Shown here one piece after another: positions 37,116 to 46,410 of a stretch of 47,068 nucleotides of DNA; position 1 is the stretch's first letter; the number at the start of each line of letters is the position of its first letter. Under the pieces are notes generated by a model, which did no database searches, was not told where the DNA came from, and worked only from the letters and a program-made list of their open reading frames with translations. Source of the DNA: Bacteroidales bacterium UBA1757 (GTDB taxonomy: Bacteria; Bacteroidota; Bacteroidia; Bacteroidales; UBA1402). The stretch is from contig DCHH01000010.1 of NCBI GenBank assembly GCA_002315625.1, forward strand, positions 4,768 to 51,835, written 5' to 3'. A program made the translations under genes and the position numbers.

Positions 37116-37799
37116 ATGGAAGAGAAAAAATCACCGAAAGTAAACTTGGAGAAAAACAAAGCGACCTATTTCCTCATGGGTCTGGCTATTGCTCTGGGTG
37201 TCCTTTTCATTGGTTTCGAATTCTCGAACACTGATGTTGCCGTCCAGGACATCGACGATTCGGCCGGTGTTGTGGAAGAAGAGGTTATGGTAGAAATCAC
37301 GAGACAGTACATCCCGCCACCACCACCTCCACCACAAACAGTTCAGGCCGACCTTATCCAGATTGTTGAGGATAACACCCTTGATGAGGACGTCGAGTTT
37401 GAAAACATGGAAGACGACCCCGAAGAGGCCATCGTACAAAACTATGATGGAGATTATTCAGAGGACTATGATCCGACGGGTGAAATCTTCGTCGTGGTTG
37501 AGGAAATGCCTCAGTTCCCTGGTGGTGAGGCCGCTCTTCAACAGTTCATCAAGAAGAATTTGAAATATCCGCAGATTGCCCTTGAGAATGGTATCTCCGG
37601 TCGTGTAATCTGTACTTTCGTCATTGACGGTAAAGGTAAGGTGACAGGTGCTGAGGTTCTCCGTTCAGTCGATCCTAACCTCGACAAGGAAGCTCTTCGC
37701 GTCATCAGCCTGATGCCGGATTGGAAGCCTGGAAAGCAGCAGGGTAAGCCCGTGCGTGTCCGTTACACGTTGCCGGTTATCTTCCGTCTGCAGAACTAG
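37116..37799 (+). CDS. tonB: Energy transducer TonB
   Basis: N-terminal TM, poly-Pro run, VEEMPQFPGG, LKYP, LDKEALRV, WKPGKQ.GKPV. Confidence 0.94.
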   Translation: MEEKKSPKVNLEKNKATYFLMGLAIALGVLFIGFEFSNTDVAVQDIDDSAGVVEEEVMVEITRQYIPPPPPPPQTVQADLIQIVEDNTLDEDVEFENMEDDPEEAIVQNYDGDYSEDYDPTGEIFVVVEEMPQFPGGEAALQQFIKKNLKYPQIALENGISGRVICTFVIDGKGKVTGAEVLRSVDPNLDKEALRVISLMPDWKPGKQQGKPVRVRYTLPVIFRLQN

Positions 37800-37816
37800 T
37801 CCGAAATTCAACTATA

Positions 37817-37870
37817 CGATAAGGCACATGTGATGCACACGAAGTGTATCGCGTGTGCCTTATTGGTTTT
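37817..37870 (+). terminator. Long stem-loop after tonB (terminator or mRNA stabiliser)
   Basis: 22-bp stem 37817-37838/37844-37865 with four G-U pairs, followed by GTTTT. Confidence 0.7.
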
Positions 37871-37876
37871 AGAAAT

Positions 37877-38854
37877 ATGAAGACAACAGAAGATTTGCTC
37901 AAGATGGTCAGGTCGGCCATCAATGAAATGCAATTCAGACAGGAGCCGGAAGTCCTGTATGCCCCGATACAGTATGAGATGTCATTGGGTGGCAAGCGCT
38001 TACGTCCTCTGCTTTGCCTGATGGCCTGCAACCTGTACGACGAGAGCCGGCTTTCAGAAGCTCTGATTGCTGCCGAGGGAATTGAACTTTTCCATAATTT
38101 CACCTTGCTCCATGACGATGTTATGGATCGTTCTTTTGTACGCCGTGGAAAGCCGTGTGTCCATGTCAAGTGGAATGAGAATACGGCAATCCTCTCTGGC
38201 GACGCTATGCAACTGGTGTCGTATGAATATATGCAGAAGGTCTCTGACCGTTGCCTGCGCCCCTGCCTCGACCTTTTCACGAAGACTGCTTTGGAAATTG
38301 TCGAAGGACAGGCATACGACATGAAGTTCGAGACCATGGAGGATGTGCAGTACGACGACTATCTGGAGATGATTCGACTCAAGACCGCCGTTCTGCTGGC
38401 ATGCAGTCTTAAGATGGGTGGCATTATCGCGTCTGCCCCGGAGGAGGATTTGCGTCATCTGTATGACTTCGGTATTCATATCGGTCTGGCGTTCCAGATC
38501 AAGGATGACCTGCTTGATGTCTGGGGTAACCCGGAAGTGTTTGGCAAGGCAAATGGGGGTGACATAATGTGCAATAAGAAAACCTTCCTCCTGATTCACG
38601 CTCTTGAGATGGCTGATGAGAAGACCCGTGCCCGTCTGAAGGAATACCTTAGTGACGACAGTATGGATCGTTCCGTCAAGGTTCCTGCAGTGACGGCCAT
38701 ATATGAACAGCTTGGAGTACGTCAATACTGCGAGAATGAAATGAACGAGTGCGAACAGAAGGCCATGGCTGATTTGGATGCCATAGGACTTCCGGCGGAA
38801 AAGCTGCTTCCTTTGAAGAAACTTGCCGCTGAAATGATGGACAGGGAGGTGTAA
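37877..38854 (+). CDS. ispA: Polyprenyl (short-chain, FPP/GGPP-type) diphosphate synthase
   Basis: GGKRLRP, FARM FTLLHDDVMD (Phe at -5), RRG, GQ, KT, SARM FQIKDDLLD. Confidence 0.88.
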   Translation: MKTTEDLLKMVRSAINEMQFRQEPEVLYAPIQYEMSLGGKRLRPLLCLMACNLYDESRLSEALIAAEGIELFHNFTLLHDDVMDRSFVRRGKPCVHVKWNENTAILSGDAMQLVSYEYMQKVSDRCLRPCLDLFTKTALEIVEGQAYDMKFETMEDVQYDDYLEMIRLKTAVLLACSLKMGGIIASAPEEDLRHLYDFGIHIGLAFQIKDDLLDVWGNPEVFGKANGGDIMCNKKTFLLIHALEMADEKTRARLKEYLSDDSMDRSVKVPAVTAIYEQLGVRQYCENEMNECEQKAMADLDAIGLPAEKLLPLKKLAAEMMDREV

Positions 38855-38858
38855 AGCA

Positions 38859-39587
38859 ATGCCATACAGAAGATTACCCAATACAGAGCAGGCCCGTCTT
38901 CGTTCCCTTCAAATGGCTGTTGAAGAGGGGGAACGGGTGAATTATCTGGATTTGCCATATTCCTATTCACTGAAAAATGAGGCTGCAAACGCCATGCAGC
39001 AGATTGAGCAGGCGTTACACACCTATCAGATTGCATTGGATTCGCAGGTTGTTTCCGGCAAGAAATATGTCTCCGACCTTAAGACTGCCAGACTCTATAT
39101 ATCCCATTTCATCCAGGTGCTGAACATGAGTGTGCAGCGTGGGGAAATCAAGAAAACCATGAAACCGCTCTACGGACTCTCCATAGATGACTATAATGTG
39201 CCAGACCTTAGCACTGAGGAATCGGTGGTTGTCTGGGGTGAACGTATAATAAAAGGTGAAGAACAAAGGTTGAACAAGAGCGGGTCCCCGATTTACAATC
39301 CCTCCATCGCCAAGGTAAAAGCGATATACGATATTTTCCTGGAGTCAAAGTCAAATCAGAAAAATCTGCAGTTCCTCACTCGTAGGGCGACTGAACGTCT
39401 TGAGGAACTTCATGCTACTGTCGATCCGCTGATTCTCAAGATATGGAATCAGGTGGAGGAGCACTATCGGAATCTTCCGGCAGAAGAGCGGAGGAAACGG
39501 TGTGCTGCTTTCGGAATCTGCTATTATCTCAGAAAAGGTGAGAAAGATGCCCTTCAGGCTTCGGAAGAGAAAAGTCAGGAGGAATGA
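38859..39587 (+). CDS. Conserved hypothetical helical protein
   Basis: MPYRRLPNT N-terminus, ARLYISHFIQV, PIYNPSIA; operonic between ispA and tatD. Confidence 0.85.
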   Translation: MPYRRLPNTEQARLRSLQMAVEEGERVNYLDLPYSYSLKNEAANAMQQIEQALHTYQIALDSQVVSGKKYVSDLKTARLYISHFIQVLNMSVQRGEIKKTMKPLYGLSIDDYNVPDLSTEESVVVWGERIIKGEEQRLNKSGSPIYNPSIAKVKAIYDIFLESKSNQKNLQFLTRRATERLEELHATVDPLILKIWNQVEEHYRNLPAEERRKRCAAFGICYYLRKGEKDALQASEEKSQEE

Positions 39588-40351
39588 CCGATACACATAC
39601 CCACATCTATCTGCCCGAGTTTGATGAGGACCGGGGCTCTGTGATAGCTGCCGCCCGTCAGGCCGGTGTCGATCAGTGTTGGCTGCCGGCTATCGATGCC
39701 TCCAGCCTTGAGCATATGATGCGTCTTTACTCGGAGTACGGAGACTATTTCAGGTTGTTTGCCGGATTGCATCCGACTGAAATCGGTGAGGACTGGAAAG
39801 AGCAGCTCTCCAGGCTGTATGATTTCGTCCTTGCGGATGAATGCTCCGGAATAGGGGAGATAGGGATGGACCTTTACTGGGATTCTTCGAAACTTGAACT
39901 TCAGGAAGAAGTGCTGAGGCTTCAACTTGACTGGGCTGTTGAAACAGGCAAGCCAGTGCTGCTTCATGTGCGAAATGCCTACGACGAAATCATACCGATT
40001 ATCCGATCCTATTATAATAAGGGGTTGAAGGGTATTTTCCACTGCTTTTCGGGGACTTTTGAGCAGGCTGTTGAGCTGACGGAGCACGGTTTTCTCCTCG
40101 GAGTGAACGGAAGTATCACATACAAGAACAATTATCAGCGCTCTTTTCTCAGTCAAATCCCATTGGAATACATTGTCGTAGAGACTGACGCGCCGTTTTT
40201 GCCCCCTGTGCCGAACCGTGGAAAGCGCAATGAACCGGCATGGATTGTGTATGTAATTAATTGTCTATCTGATATATACGGTATTCCTGCCGAGGCTGTC
40301 GCCGATATTGTCAGCCGGAATGCGGAAAAAAGGTTGCAAAAAATTACATAA
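39584..40351 (+). CDS. tatD: TatD family hydrolase/DNase
   Basis: DTHTH, GLHP, IGEIGMD, LHVR, FHCFSG, ETDAPFL. Confidence 0.93.
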   Translation: MTDTHTHIYLPEFDEDRGSVIAAARQAGVDQCWLPAIDASSLEHMMRLYSEYGDYFRLFAGLHPTEIGEDWKEQLSRLYDFVLADECSGIGEIGMDLYWDSSKLELQEEVLRLQLDWAVETGKPVLLHVRNAYDEIIPIIRSYYNKGLKGIFHCFSGTFEQAVELTEHGFLLGVNGSITYKNNYQRSFLSQIPLEYIVVETDAPFLPPVPNRGKRNEPAWIVYVINCLSDIYGIPAEAVADIVSRNAEKRLQKIT

Positions 40352-40442
40352 AAAGACTTGGCGTATTGTTTTTTTTACTAAATTGCGGCGTTTTTCGATG
40401 GGGTACAGCGGTACCTTCAAGCAGTGGGGAAAACCCATATCT

Positions 40443-40532
40443 GGAGAGATGCTCGAGAGGCTTAAGAGGCGCGCCTGGAAAGCGCGTAAACGGTGTGGAA
40501 TCGTTTCGCGGGTTCGAATCCCGCTTTCTCCG
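40443..40532 (+). tRNA. tRNA-Ser (anticodon GGA)
   Basis: Acceptor GGAGAGA/TTTCTCC, anticodon arm CGCGC-CTGGAAA-GCGCG, long variable arm, T-loop GGTTCGAATCC, discriminator G. CCA is not encoded (CAA follows). Confidence 0.95.
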
Positions 40533-40567
40533 CAATTCAATTTCTCTAATAATTAAACTTCTGAACA

Positions 40568-41377
40568 ATGAAAAAGTTTATCGCACTTTTCGCACTGGCA
40601 GGCGTCCTCAGCTTTGGCGCTTTCGCTCAGGAAGAAGCAGCTCCCGCAGCTGAAACCCAGGATTCAACAATCGTTGCCGAAGCTCCCGCAGCTCCCGCTG
40701 TTGAAGAGGCTCCCGCAGAGGCTGAACCCACTGGTGGTCTTTACAAAGCTCTCAAAATCAAATTTATTGAAGGTGATGCCGGCTTTATGAGCTTCGTTGC
40801 TCTGGCCCTTATCCTCGGTCTTGCTTTCTGCATCGAGCGCATCATATACCTGAACCTTTCATCTGTCGATGTCAAGGATCTTCTTGCCAAGGTTGAGAAG
40901 GCTCTTATCGAAGAAAAGGATGTCAATAAGGCTATGGAAATCTGCAAGAACACCCGTGGCCCGGTTGCTTCTATCTTCTATCAGGGTATCCTTCGTCTGG
41001 ACCAGGGTCTGGATGTTGCTGAAAAATCAATCATCTCTTACGGTGGTGTGCAGACCGGTCTTATGGAACGCAACTTCCCGTGGATTTCTCTTTTCATCTC
41101 TCTGTCTCCTTCTCTCGGATTCTTGGGAACCGTTATCGGTATGATCCAGGCCTTCGATAAGATTCAGCAGGTTGGTGACATCAGCCCGACGGTTGTTGCC
41201 GGCGGTATGAAGGTTGCTCTTATCACCACCGTGTTCGGTCTTATTTCAGCTATGATTCTGCAAGTGTTCTTCAACTACATTATGTCAAAGGTTGATGCCA
41301 TCACCGGTGAAATGGAAGATGCTTCCATCTCTCTGCTTGACATCTTCGCAAAGATGGACCTTACTCAGAACAAATAA
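40568..41377 (+). CDS. exbB: MotA/TolQ/ExbB proton channel protein
   Basis: Signal peptide plus Ala/Pro/Glu linker; PSLGFLGTVIGMI, GGMKVALITTVFGL. Confidence 0.92.
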   Translation: MKKFIALFALAGVLSFGAFAQEEAAPAAETQDSTIVAEAPAAPAVEEAPAEAEPTGGLYKALKIKFIEGDAGFMSFVALALILGLAFCIERIIYLNLSSVDVKDLLAKVEKALIEEKDVNKAMEICKNTRGPVASIFYQGILRLDQGLDVAEKSIISYGGVQTGLMERNFPWISLFISLSPSLGFLGTVIGMIQAFDKIQQVGDISPTVVAGGMKVALITTVFGLISAMILQVFFNYIMSKVDAITGEMEDASISLLDIFAKMDLTQNK

Positions 41378-41407
41378 TTACCACCCACACCTTATAATAA
41401 TAGAATC

Positions 41408-41893
41408 ATGTCAAAGTTAACTAATCTCCTGCCGAAGTTAGTCCTTTGGGTACTCATGATCTTGTCTGTGGTGGCATTTGTCATGATATTCATCGGCGGC
41501 AGCGTCGATCCGACTGCAGAGTATAAGGAGCCGGTCTATACCGATGTTCTTTTGTACTGGGTCGGCATCATATTTGCAATCGCATTGATTATTACCCTTG
41601 GATTTGCTTTGGTCCAGATAGCCAAGAGTTTCGTTCGCGAACCGGCTCAGACGGCAAAGTCAATGATTGGAGTCCTGTTGCTTTTCGGTCTGCTTCTTGT
41701 CAGCCTGTTCTGCTTCAACGATTTCAACTATATCAACAATGATATCCTTCCCACCTTCGACGGTGAAATCACCCTTCTGATGAACCAGCTTTCAAACATG
41801 GCCATCATTCCGACGGCTGTTTTGGCAGTCATCGCTATCCTGCTGATTGTCTTCTCCGGTTTGTTCAAGGGTAAAGTAAAGGACGTTAAATAA
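41408..41893 (+). CDS. Hypothetical four-TM membrane protein within the exbB-exbD operon
   Basis: Four hydrophobic segments; tight operon spacing. Confidence 0.85.
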   Translation: MSKLTNLLPKLVLWVLMILSVVAFVMIFIGGSVDPTAEYKEPVYTDVLLYWVGIIFAIALIITLGFALVQIAKSFVREPAQTAKSMIGVLLLFGLLLVSLFCFNDFNYINNDILPTFDGEITLLMNQLSNMAIIPTAVLAVIAILLIVFSGLFKGKVKDVK

Positions 41894-41901
41894 CGAATGC
41901 C

Positions 41902-42471
41902 ATGGGTACCGTTAAAAAACTGCCACAACCCAATACGAGTTCAACGGCTGATATCGCTTTCCTGTTGCTGATATTCTTCCTGTTGACGACGACTATGGAT
42001 ACCGACTCTGGTATTACCCGTAAGTTGCCGCCGCCAGTTGATGAGGATGTCGAGCAGAAGGTCGAGGAGCGCAATACGCTGGTCGTGTTGGTAAGTTATG
42101 ACAACCGTATCATGTGTAAGGGTAGGGAAATTGAGCTCTGGGAGTTGAAAGATATCGCCAAGGAGTTCATTGACAACCCTGCTAATGATCCGAAGTTGCC
42201 CAAGAAGGTTCCCGTTACCATCGATTTCTTCGGTGAAGTGGAAATCACGAAGCCCCATGTCATATCCCTGCAGAATGACCGTGCTACCAAGTACTGGCGT
42301 TACATGGATGTGCAGAATGAGCTGATTGCTGCCTACAATGAATTGCGCGAAGAACTTTCGCAAAAGACGTTCGGCAAGACATATGCCGACCTTGACGAAG
42401 CTCGCCAAAAGGCAGTCGCAGCTTATTACCCTCAGAAAATTTCAGAAGCTGAACCTAAGACTTATAACTAA
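41902..42471 (+). CDS. exbD: Biopolymer transport protein ExbD
   Basis: STADIAFLLLIFFL TM with the conserved Asp. Confidence 0.9.
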   Translation: MGTVKKLPQPNTSSTADIAFLLLIFFLLTTTMDTDSGITRKLPPPVDEDVEQKVEERNTLVVLVSYDNRIMCKGREIELWELKDIAKEFIDNPANDPKLPKKVPVTIDFFGEVEITKPHVISLQNDRATKYWRYMDVQNELIAAYNELREELSQKTFGKTYADLDEARQKAVAAYYPQKISEAEPKTYN

Positions 42472-42480
42472 CCGATTGCT

Positions 42481-42957
42481 ATGTCAAAATTCAAAAAGAA
42501 AAGCGGCGGTGGCGTACCAGAGCTGAACATGTCGTCCATGTCAGACATCGTCTTCATGTTCCTCTTCTTCTTCATGTCTGTAACGACGATGAAAGAGGTT
42601 AATATGAAGGTCGTTGTGAACCTCCCGCATGCCACGGAATTGACCAAGTTGGAGAAGAAGTCTTTGGTAACGTTCATCTACATCGGCCAGCCGACACGTG
42701 AGAACCGCGCCCGCATGGGTTCGGAGACCCGTATCCAGCTCAACGACAAATATGCTGAGGTAGATGATATTCAAGACTATATCGCTCAGGAAAAGGGTAG
42801 TATGAAGGAAGAGGATCAGCCCTACATGCAGGTTTCACTTAAAATCGATGAGAATACCCAGATGGGTATCGTCAACGATGTCAAGCAGGCTCTGCGTAAG
42901 GCGTACGCTTTGAAAATCAACTACTCTTCACGTATGAGGGAGACAACAGCCAACTGA
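42481..42957 (+). CDS. exbD: Biopolymer transport protein ExbD (second paralog)
   Basis: SMSDIVFMFLFFFM TM with the conserved Asp; LKID...MG.V..VKQALR. Confidence 0.9.
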   Translation: MSKFKKKSGGGVPELNMSSMSDIVFMFLFFFMSVTTMKEVNMKVVVNLPHATELTKLEKKSLVTFIYIGQPTRENRARMGSETRIQLNDKYAEVDDIQDYIAQEKGSMKEEDQPYMQVSLKIDENTQMGIVNDVKQALRKAYALKINYSSRMRETTAN

Positions 42958-42975
42958 TTATCGACAACACACTAT

Positions 42976-43012
42976 AGGGCGTCGCGGCATTTTTTGTCGC
43001 GATGCTTTTTTT
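42976..43012 (+). terminator. Intrinsic terminator of the exb operon
   Basis: AGGGCGTCGCGGCA/TGTCGCGATGCTTT stem (mismatches are all G-U) running into a T7 tract. Confidence 0.8.
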
Positions 43013-43028
43013 ATGCCCCCTTTTGCCG

Positions 43029-43036
43029 TACCTTCG
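43029..43036 (+). promoter_or_regulatory. -7 promoter-like box (TACCTTCG) for ABC-F/queA
   Basis: Variant box 18 nt upstream of ATG 43055, just after the terminator. Confidence 0.5.
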
Positions 43037-43054
43037 CACGATTTTTCACTTTGA

Positions 43055-45040
43055 ATGGTAGCTATTGATAATATAACGGTTTCATTCGGTGGTTTCACAC
43101 TTCTTGATTCCATCACATTTGTCATCAATAAAAAGGACAGGGTGGCACTTACCGGCAAGAACGGTGCCGGCAAATCGACGCTTCTCAAAATCATTGCAGG
43201 GCTTCAAGCTCCGACTTCCGGCATTGTGTCTATGCCAAAAGGATTTACTGTCGGATATCTCCCGCAGGTGATGAATGTGGCGGATACAACCACCGTCTTT
43301 CAGGAAACCGAAAAAGCCTTTCAGTCTATCTTCGTCCTTCAGGAAAAAGTGGCATTGCTTCAGCAGCAGCTTGCAGAGCGTACTGATTACGATTCAGAGT
43401 CATACCATAAGCTTATCGAGGACCTCAATCATGGAAACGACCTTCTCAATATGTCGGGTGTATATAACTACAAGGCTGATATAGAGAAGACTCTTCTTGG
43501 CCTTGGGTTTGAGAGAAGCGATTTCGACCGAGGCAGCAATGAGTTTAGCGGAGGATGGCGAATGCGTATCGAATTGGCGAAAGTATTGCTGCAACGTCCT
43601 GACATACTGCTTCTTGACGAGCCGACTAACCACCTTGATATCGAGTCAATCCAGTGGCTTGAGAATTTTCTAGCGCAGAACTCCAGGGCTGTCATGCTTG
43701 TTTCTCACGACAAGGCATTCCTAGACAATGTTACTACAAGGACTATTGAAATCTCTCTTGGAAAGATATACGACTATAATGTCCCATATTCACAATTTGT
43801 CGAGTTAAGGAAGGAACGTCGTGAACAGCAGCTTCGTACATACGAGAACCAGCAGAAGATGATTCACGATACTGAGGCTTTCATTGAAAGGTTCCGCTAT
43901 AAGGCGACAAAGGCTGTGCAGGTACAGAGCCGGATTAAGCAGCTGGACAAGCTTGAACGATTTGAAGTGGATGAGGAAGACACTGCGACTATGAGCCTGA
44001 GATTTCCGCCGGCACCCCATTGCGGTTCCTATCCGGTGGTAGCTGAGGATGTCCGGAAAGACTATGGGGAACATACTGTCTTCAAGAATGTTACGCTGAC
44101 AATTTCCCGAGGAGAGAAGGTTGCGTTTGTCGGCCGTAACGGTGAGGGAAAATCTACTTTGGTTAAGTGCATTCTGGGAGAGATACCTTTCGATGGGAAA
44201 CTCCAACTGGCCCATCTGGTTAAAATCGGCTATTTTGCCCAGAACCAGCCGCAACTCCTTGACGAGTCGCTGACTGTCTTTGAGACGATTGACCAAGTGG
44301 CTACAGGCGATATCCGCACAAAAATCCGCGACATACTTGGAGCGTTCATGTTTGGCGGCGAGGCTTCTGACAAAAAGGTCAAAGTGTTGTCCGGCGGGGA
44401 GCGTTCGCGTCTGGCTATGATACGGCTGTTGTTGGAACCAGCCAATCTTCTTATTCTTGACGAGCCGACTAACCATCTTGACATTCGCTCGAAAGATGTT
44501 CTCAAGCAGGCAATTAAGGATTTCGACGGCACTGTAATTGTCGTTTCCCACGACCGCGATTTTCTAGATGGACTTGTCAGCAAGGTGTATGAGTTCGGAC
44601 ACCAACGGGTCAGGGAGCATCTTGGGGGCATACGTGATTTTCTTGAGACTAAGAAACTTGAGAATCTTCGCGACATTGAGCGCCAGCAGATGACGGTTGC
44701 TCCTGCTGCCTCTATGGTTTCAAAAGCTGCGCCGACAGTCAGGGAAGAAACCCCGGTTCAACCCCTTGTCACTTCCAAGGAGCGGTTTATTGCCCGGAAG
44801 GAAAGTAATAAACAACTGAAAAAGCTTCAACAGACCCTTGAGGCCCGTGAGCAGGAAGTTGCAGCCTGTGAGAAGGCTCTGGCCGAAGCTGAGGCTGTCA
44901 TTTCAACCCCGGAAGGGGCTTCCGATATGGCTCAGATAGAGAATTATACCAAATGCCAGCGGGCTCTTGACACAGCAATGAGCTACTGGGAGGAGGCTGC
45001 CAGTGAACTGGAAATGTTCCAGAAACAGAATGAATCATGA
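43055..45040 (+). CDS. ABC-F family ribosome-associated ATPase
   Basis: Two NBDs (GKNGAGKST/FSGGW/LLLDEPTNHLD and GRNGEGKST/LSGGE/LILDEPTNHLD), no TM segments, C-terminal coiled coil. Confidence 0.95.
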   Translation: MVAIDNITVSFGGFTLLDSITFVINKKDRVALTGKNGAGKSTLLKIIAGLQAPTSGIVSMPKGFTVGYLPQVMNVADTTTVFQETEKAFQSIFVLQEKVALLQQQLAERTDYDSESYHKLIEDLNHGNDLLNMSGVYNYKADIEKTLLGLGFERSDFDRGSNEFSGGWRMRIELAKVLLQRPDILLLDEPTNHLDIESIQWLENFLAQNSRAVMLVSHDKAFLDNVTTRTIEISLGKIYDYNVPYSQFVELRKERREQQLRTYENQQKMIHDTEAFIERFRYKATKAVQVQSRIKQLDKLERFEVDEEDTATMSLRFPPAPHCGSYPVVAEDVRKDYGEHTVFKNVTLTISRGEKVAFVGRNGEGKSTLVKCILGEIPFDGKLQLAHLVKIGYFAQNQPQLLDESLTVFETIDQVATGDIRTKIRDILGAFMFGGEASDKKVKVLSGGERSRLAMIRLLLEPANLLILDEPTNHLDIRSKDVLKQAIKDFDGTVIVVSHDRDFLDGLVSKVYEFGHQRVREHLGGIRDFLETKKLENLRDIERQQMTVAPAASMVSKAAPTVREETPVQPLVTSKERFIARKESNKQLKKLQQTLEAREQEVAACEKALAEAEAVISTPEGASDMAQIENYTKCQRALDTAMSYWEEAASELEMFQKQNES

Positions 45041-46302
45041 GTACGTTGATAGATAGGGTCAAGTCCATTTCCATAAAGGATTATACATACGATTTGCCGG
45101 ATTCAAGGATTGCAAAATATCCGGTTGAACCGCGCGACAGTTCGAAATTGCTGCTCTACCGCGACGGCGAGGTCTCGGAGAGCCGCTTCTACAATCTGGC
45201 AGACTACCTCCAGAGCGACTCGCTGCTGGTCTATAACAACACAAAGGTTATCCATGCCCGACTTTTCTTTCACAAGGAAACGGGTGCTCAGATAGAGATT
45301 TTCTGTCTGGAACCGCTTGCCCCGGCAGATTATGCTCAGAATTTTCAGGCAAAGGGCGCTTGCGAATGGCTCTGTCTGGTGGGTAACCTGAAAAAATGGA
45401 AAGCGGGCAAACTGGTCCGAGACATTCATGTGGGTGGAAAGGATTACCGTCTCTCTGCTGAGCATCTTGGCTTGCACGACAAAACCCAGCACATCCGGTT
45501 TGAATGGATACCTGCCGATGGCGGGGAGAATATTTCATTTGGGGATTTGCTGGAACAGGCCGGTACCATTCCTATTCCTCCTTATCTGAACCGCGAATCG
45601 GAGGCTTGCGACGAGAAGACCTATCAGACAGTCTATTCAAGAGTGGAAGGCTCCGTGGCGGCCCCGACTGCCGGTCTTCATTTTACTCCAGAGGTGCTTC
45701 AGGCGGTTGACAACCGTTGTGTCGAGCGGGCAGAAGTGACTCTACACGTGAGTGCATCAACATTTCAGCCGGTCAAGTCGGAGCGCATCGAGGGACATCC
45801 CATGCATCTTGAATTTATAACCGTCGAACGTGAACTGTTGGAAAAACTGCTCCGCTATGAAGGAAGAATCACGGCTGTCGGCACGACATCTGTCCGCACG
45901 CTGGAGAGCCTTTACTGGTTTGGCGTCCATTTTCTGGAGACAAAGGAGCAGGCTGATGCTGATGGAGAAACCGATGTCTTCGGCCATTGGGTACTTGACC
46001 AGTGGTATCCCTACCAGTCTCATCCGGCCTATTTGCTGAAAGAAGCCATACAGGCGGTTCTGGACCATCTGATATCTGTCAATGAGACCACTTTCAATGC
46101 ATCTACCCGCTTATTGATTGCCCCTGGATACACTTTTCATGTGGTATGTGACATGCTGACCAATTTCCACCAGCCGCAGAGCACCCTGCTCCTGCTCGTG
46201 TCGGCATTTGTGGGGGGTGACTGGCGCAAGATTTACGACTACGCTCTTTCGCACGGTTTCCGTTTCCTCAGTTACGGTGACAGTTCATTGCTTCACCGTT
46301 GA
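45037..46302 (+). CDS. queA: S-adenosylmethionine:tRNA ribosyltransferase-isomerase
   Basis: YDLP..RIA.YP, NNTKVI, PIPPYL, YQTVY, GSVAAPTAGLHF, VGTTSVRTLE, TNFHQP, FLSYGD. Confidence 0.96.
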   Translation: MSTLIDRVKSISIKDYTYDLPDSRIAKYPVEPRDSSKLLLYRDGEVSESRFYNLADYLQSDSLLVYNNTKVIHARLFFHKETGAQIEIFCLEPLAPADYAQNFQAKGACEWLCLVGNLKKWKAGKLVRDIHVGGKDYRLSAEHLGLHDKTQHIRFEWIPADGGENISFGDLLEQAGTIPIPPYLNRESEACDEKTYQTVYSRVEGSVAAPTAGLHFTPEVLQAVDNRCVERAEVTLHVSASTFQPVKSERIEGHPMHLEFITVERELLEKLLRYEGRITAVGTTSVRTLESLYWFGVHFLETKEQADADGETDVFGHWVLDQWYPYQSHPAYLLKEAIQAVLDHLISVNETTFNASTRLLIAPGYTFHVVCDMLTNFHQPQSTLLLLVSAFVGGDWRKIYDYALSHGFRFLSYGDSSLLHR

Positions 46303-46332
46303 ATTTTTCTTGTTTTTTTGACGGGATAAATG

Positions 46333-46340
46333 TACTTTTG
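46333..46340 (+). promoter_or_regulatory. -7 promoter box (TACTTTTG) for fba
   Basis: Consensus match 70 nt upstream of ATG 46411, followed by a GC-rich leader hairpin. Confidence 0.65.
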
Positions 46341-46410
46341 CAGTGCGTTTGGGGCAGTGGCCCTGGCGTGGTACAAGTGACAATTCATCAACCTAATTAT
46401 CTAATAAACA

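Noticed and set aside
38054-38881. 275-aa ORF antisense to ispA
   Set aside because: Shadow ORF with no independent signals.
40265-40653. Short ORFs overlapping the tRNA-Ser region
   Set aside because: Explained by the tRNA gene and the flanks of tatD and exbB.
43805-44551. 248-aa ORF antisense to the ABC-F gene
   Set aside because: Typical antisense shadow of an ABC ATPase.
43055-45040. ABC-F as an antibiotic-resistance gene
   Set aside because: Core-genome context coupled to queA with no mobile features; more consistent with a housekeeping ABC-F, though the subfamily cannot be fixed without a phylogeny.
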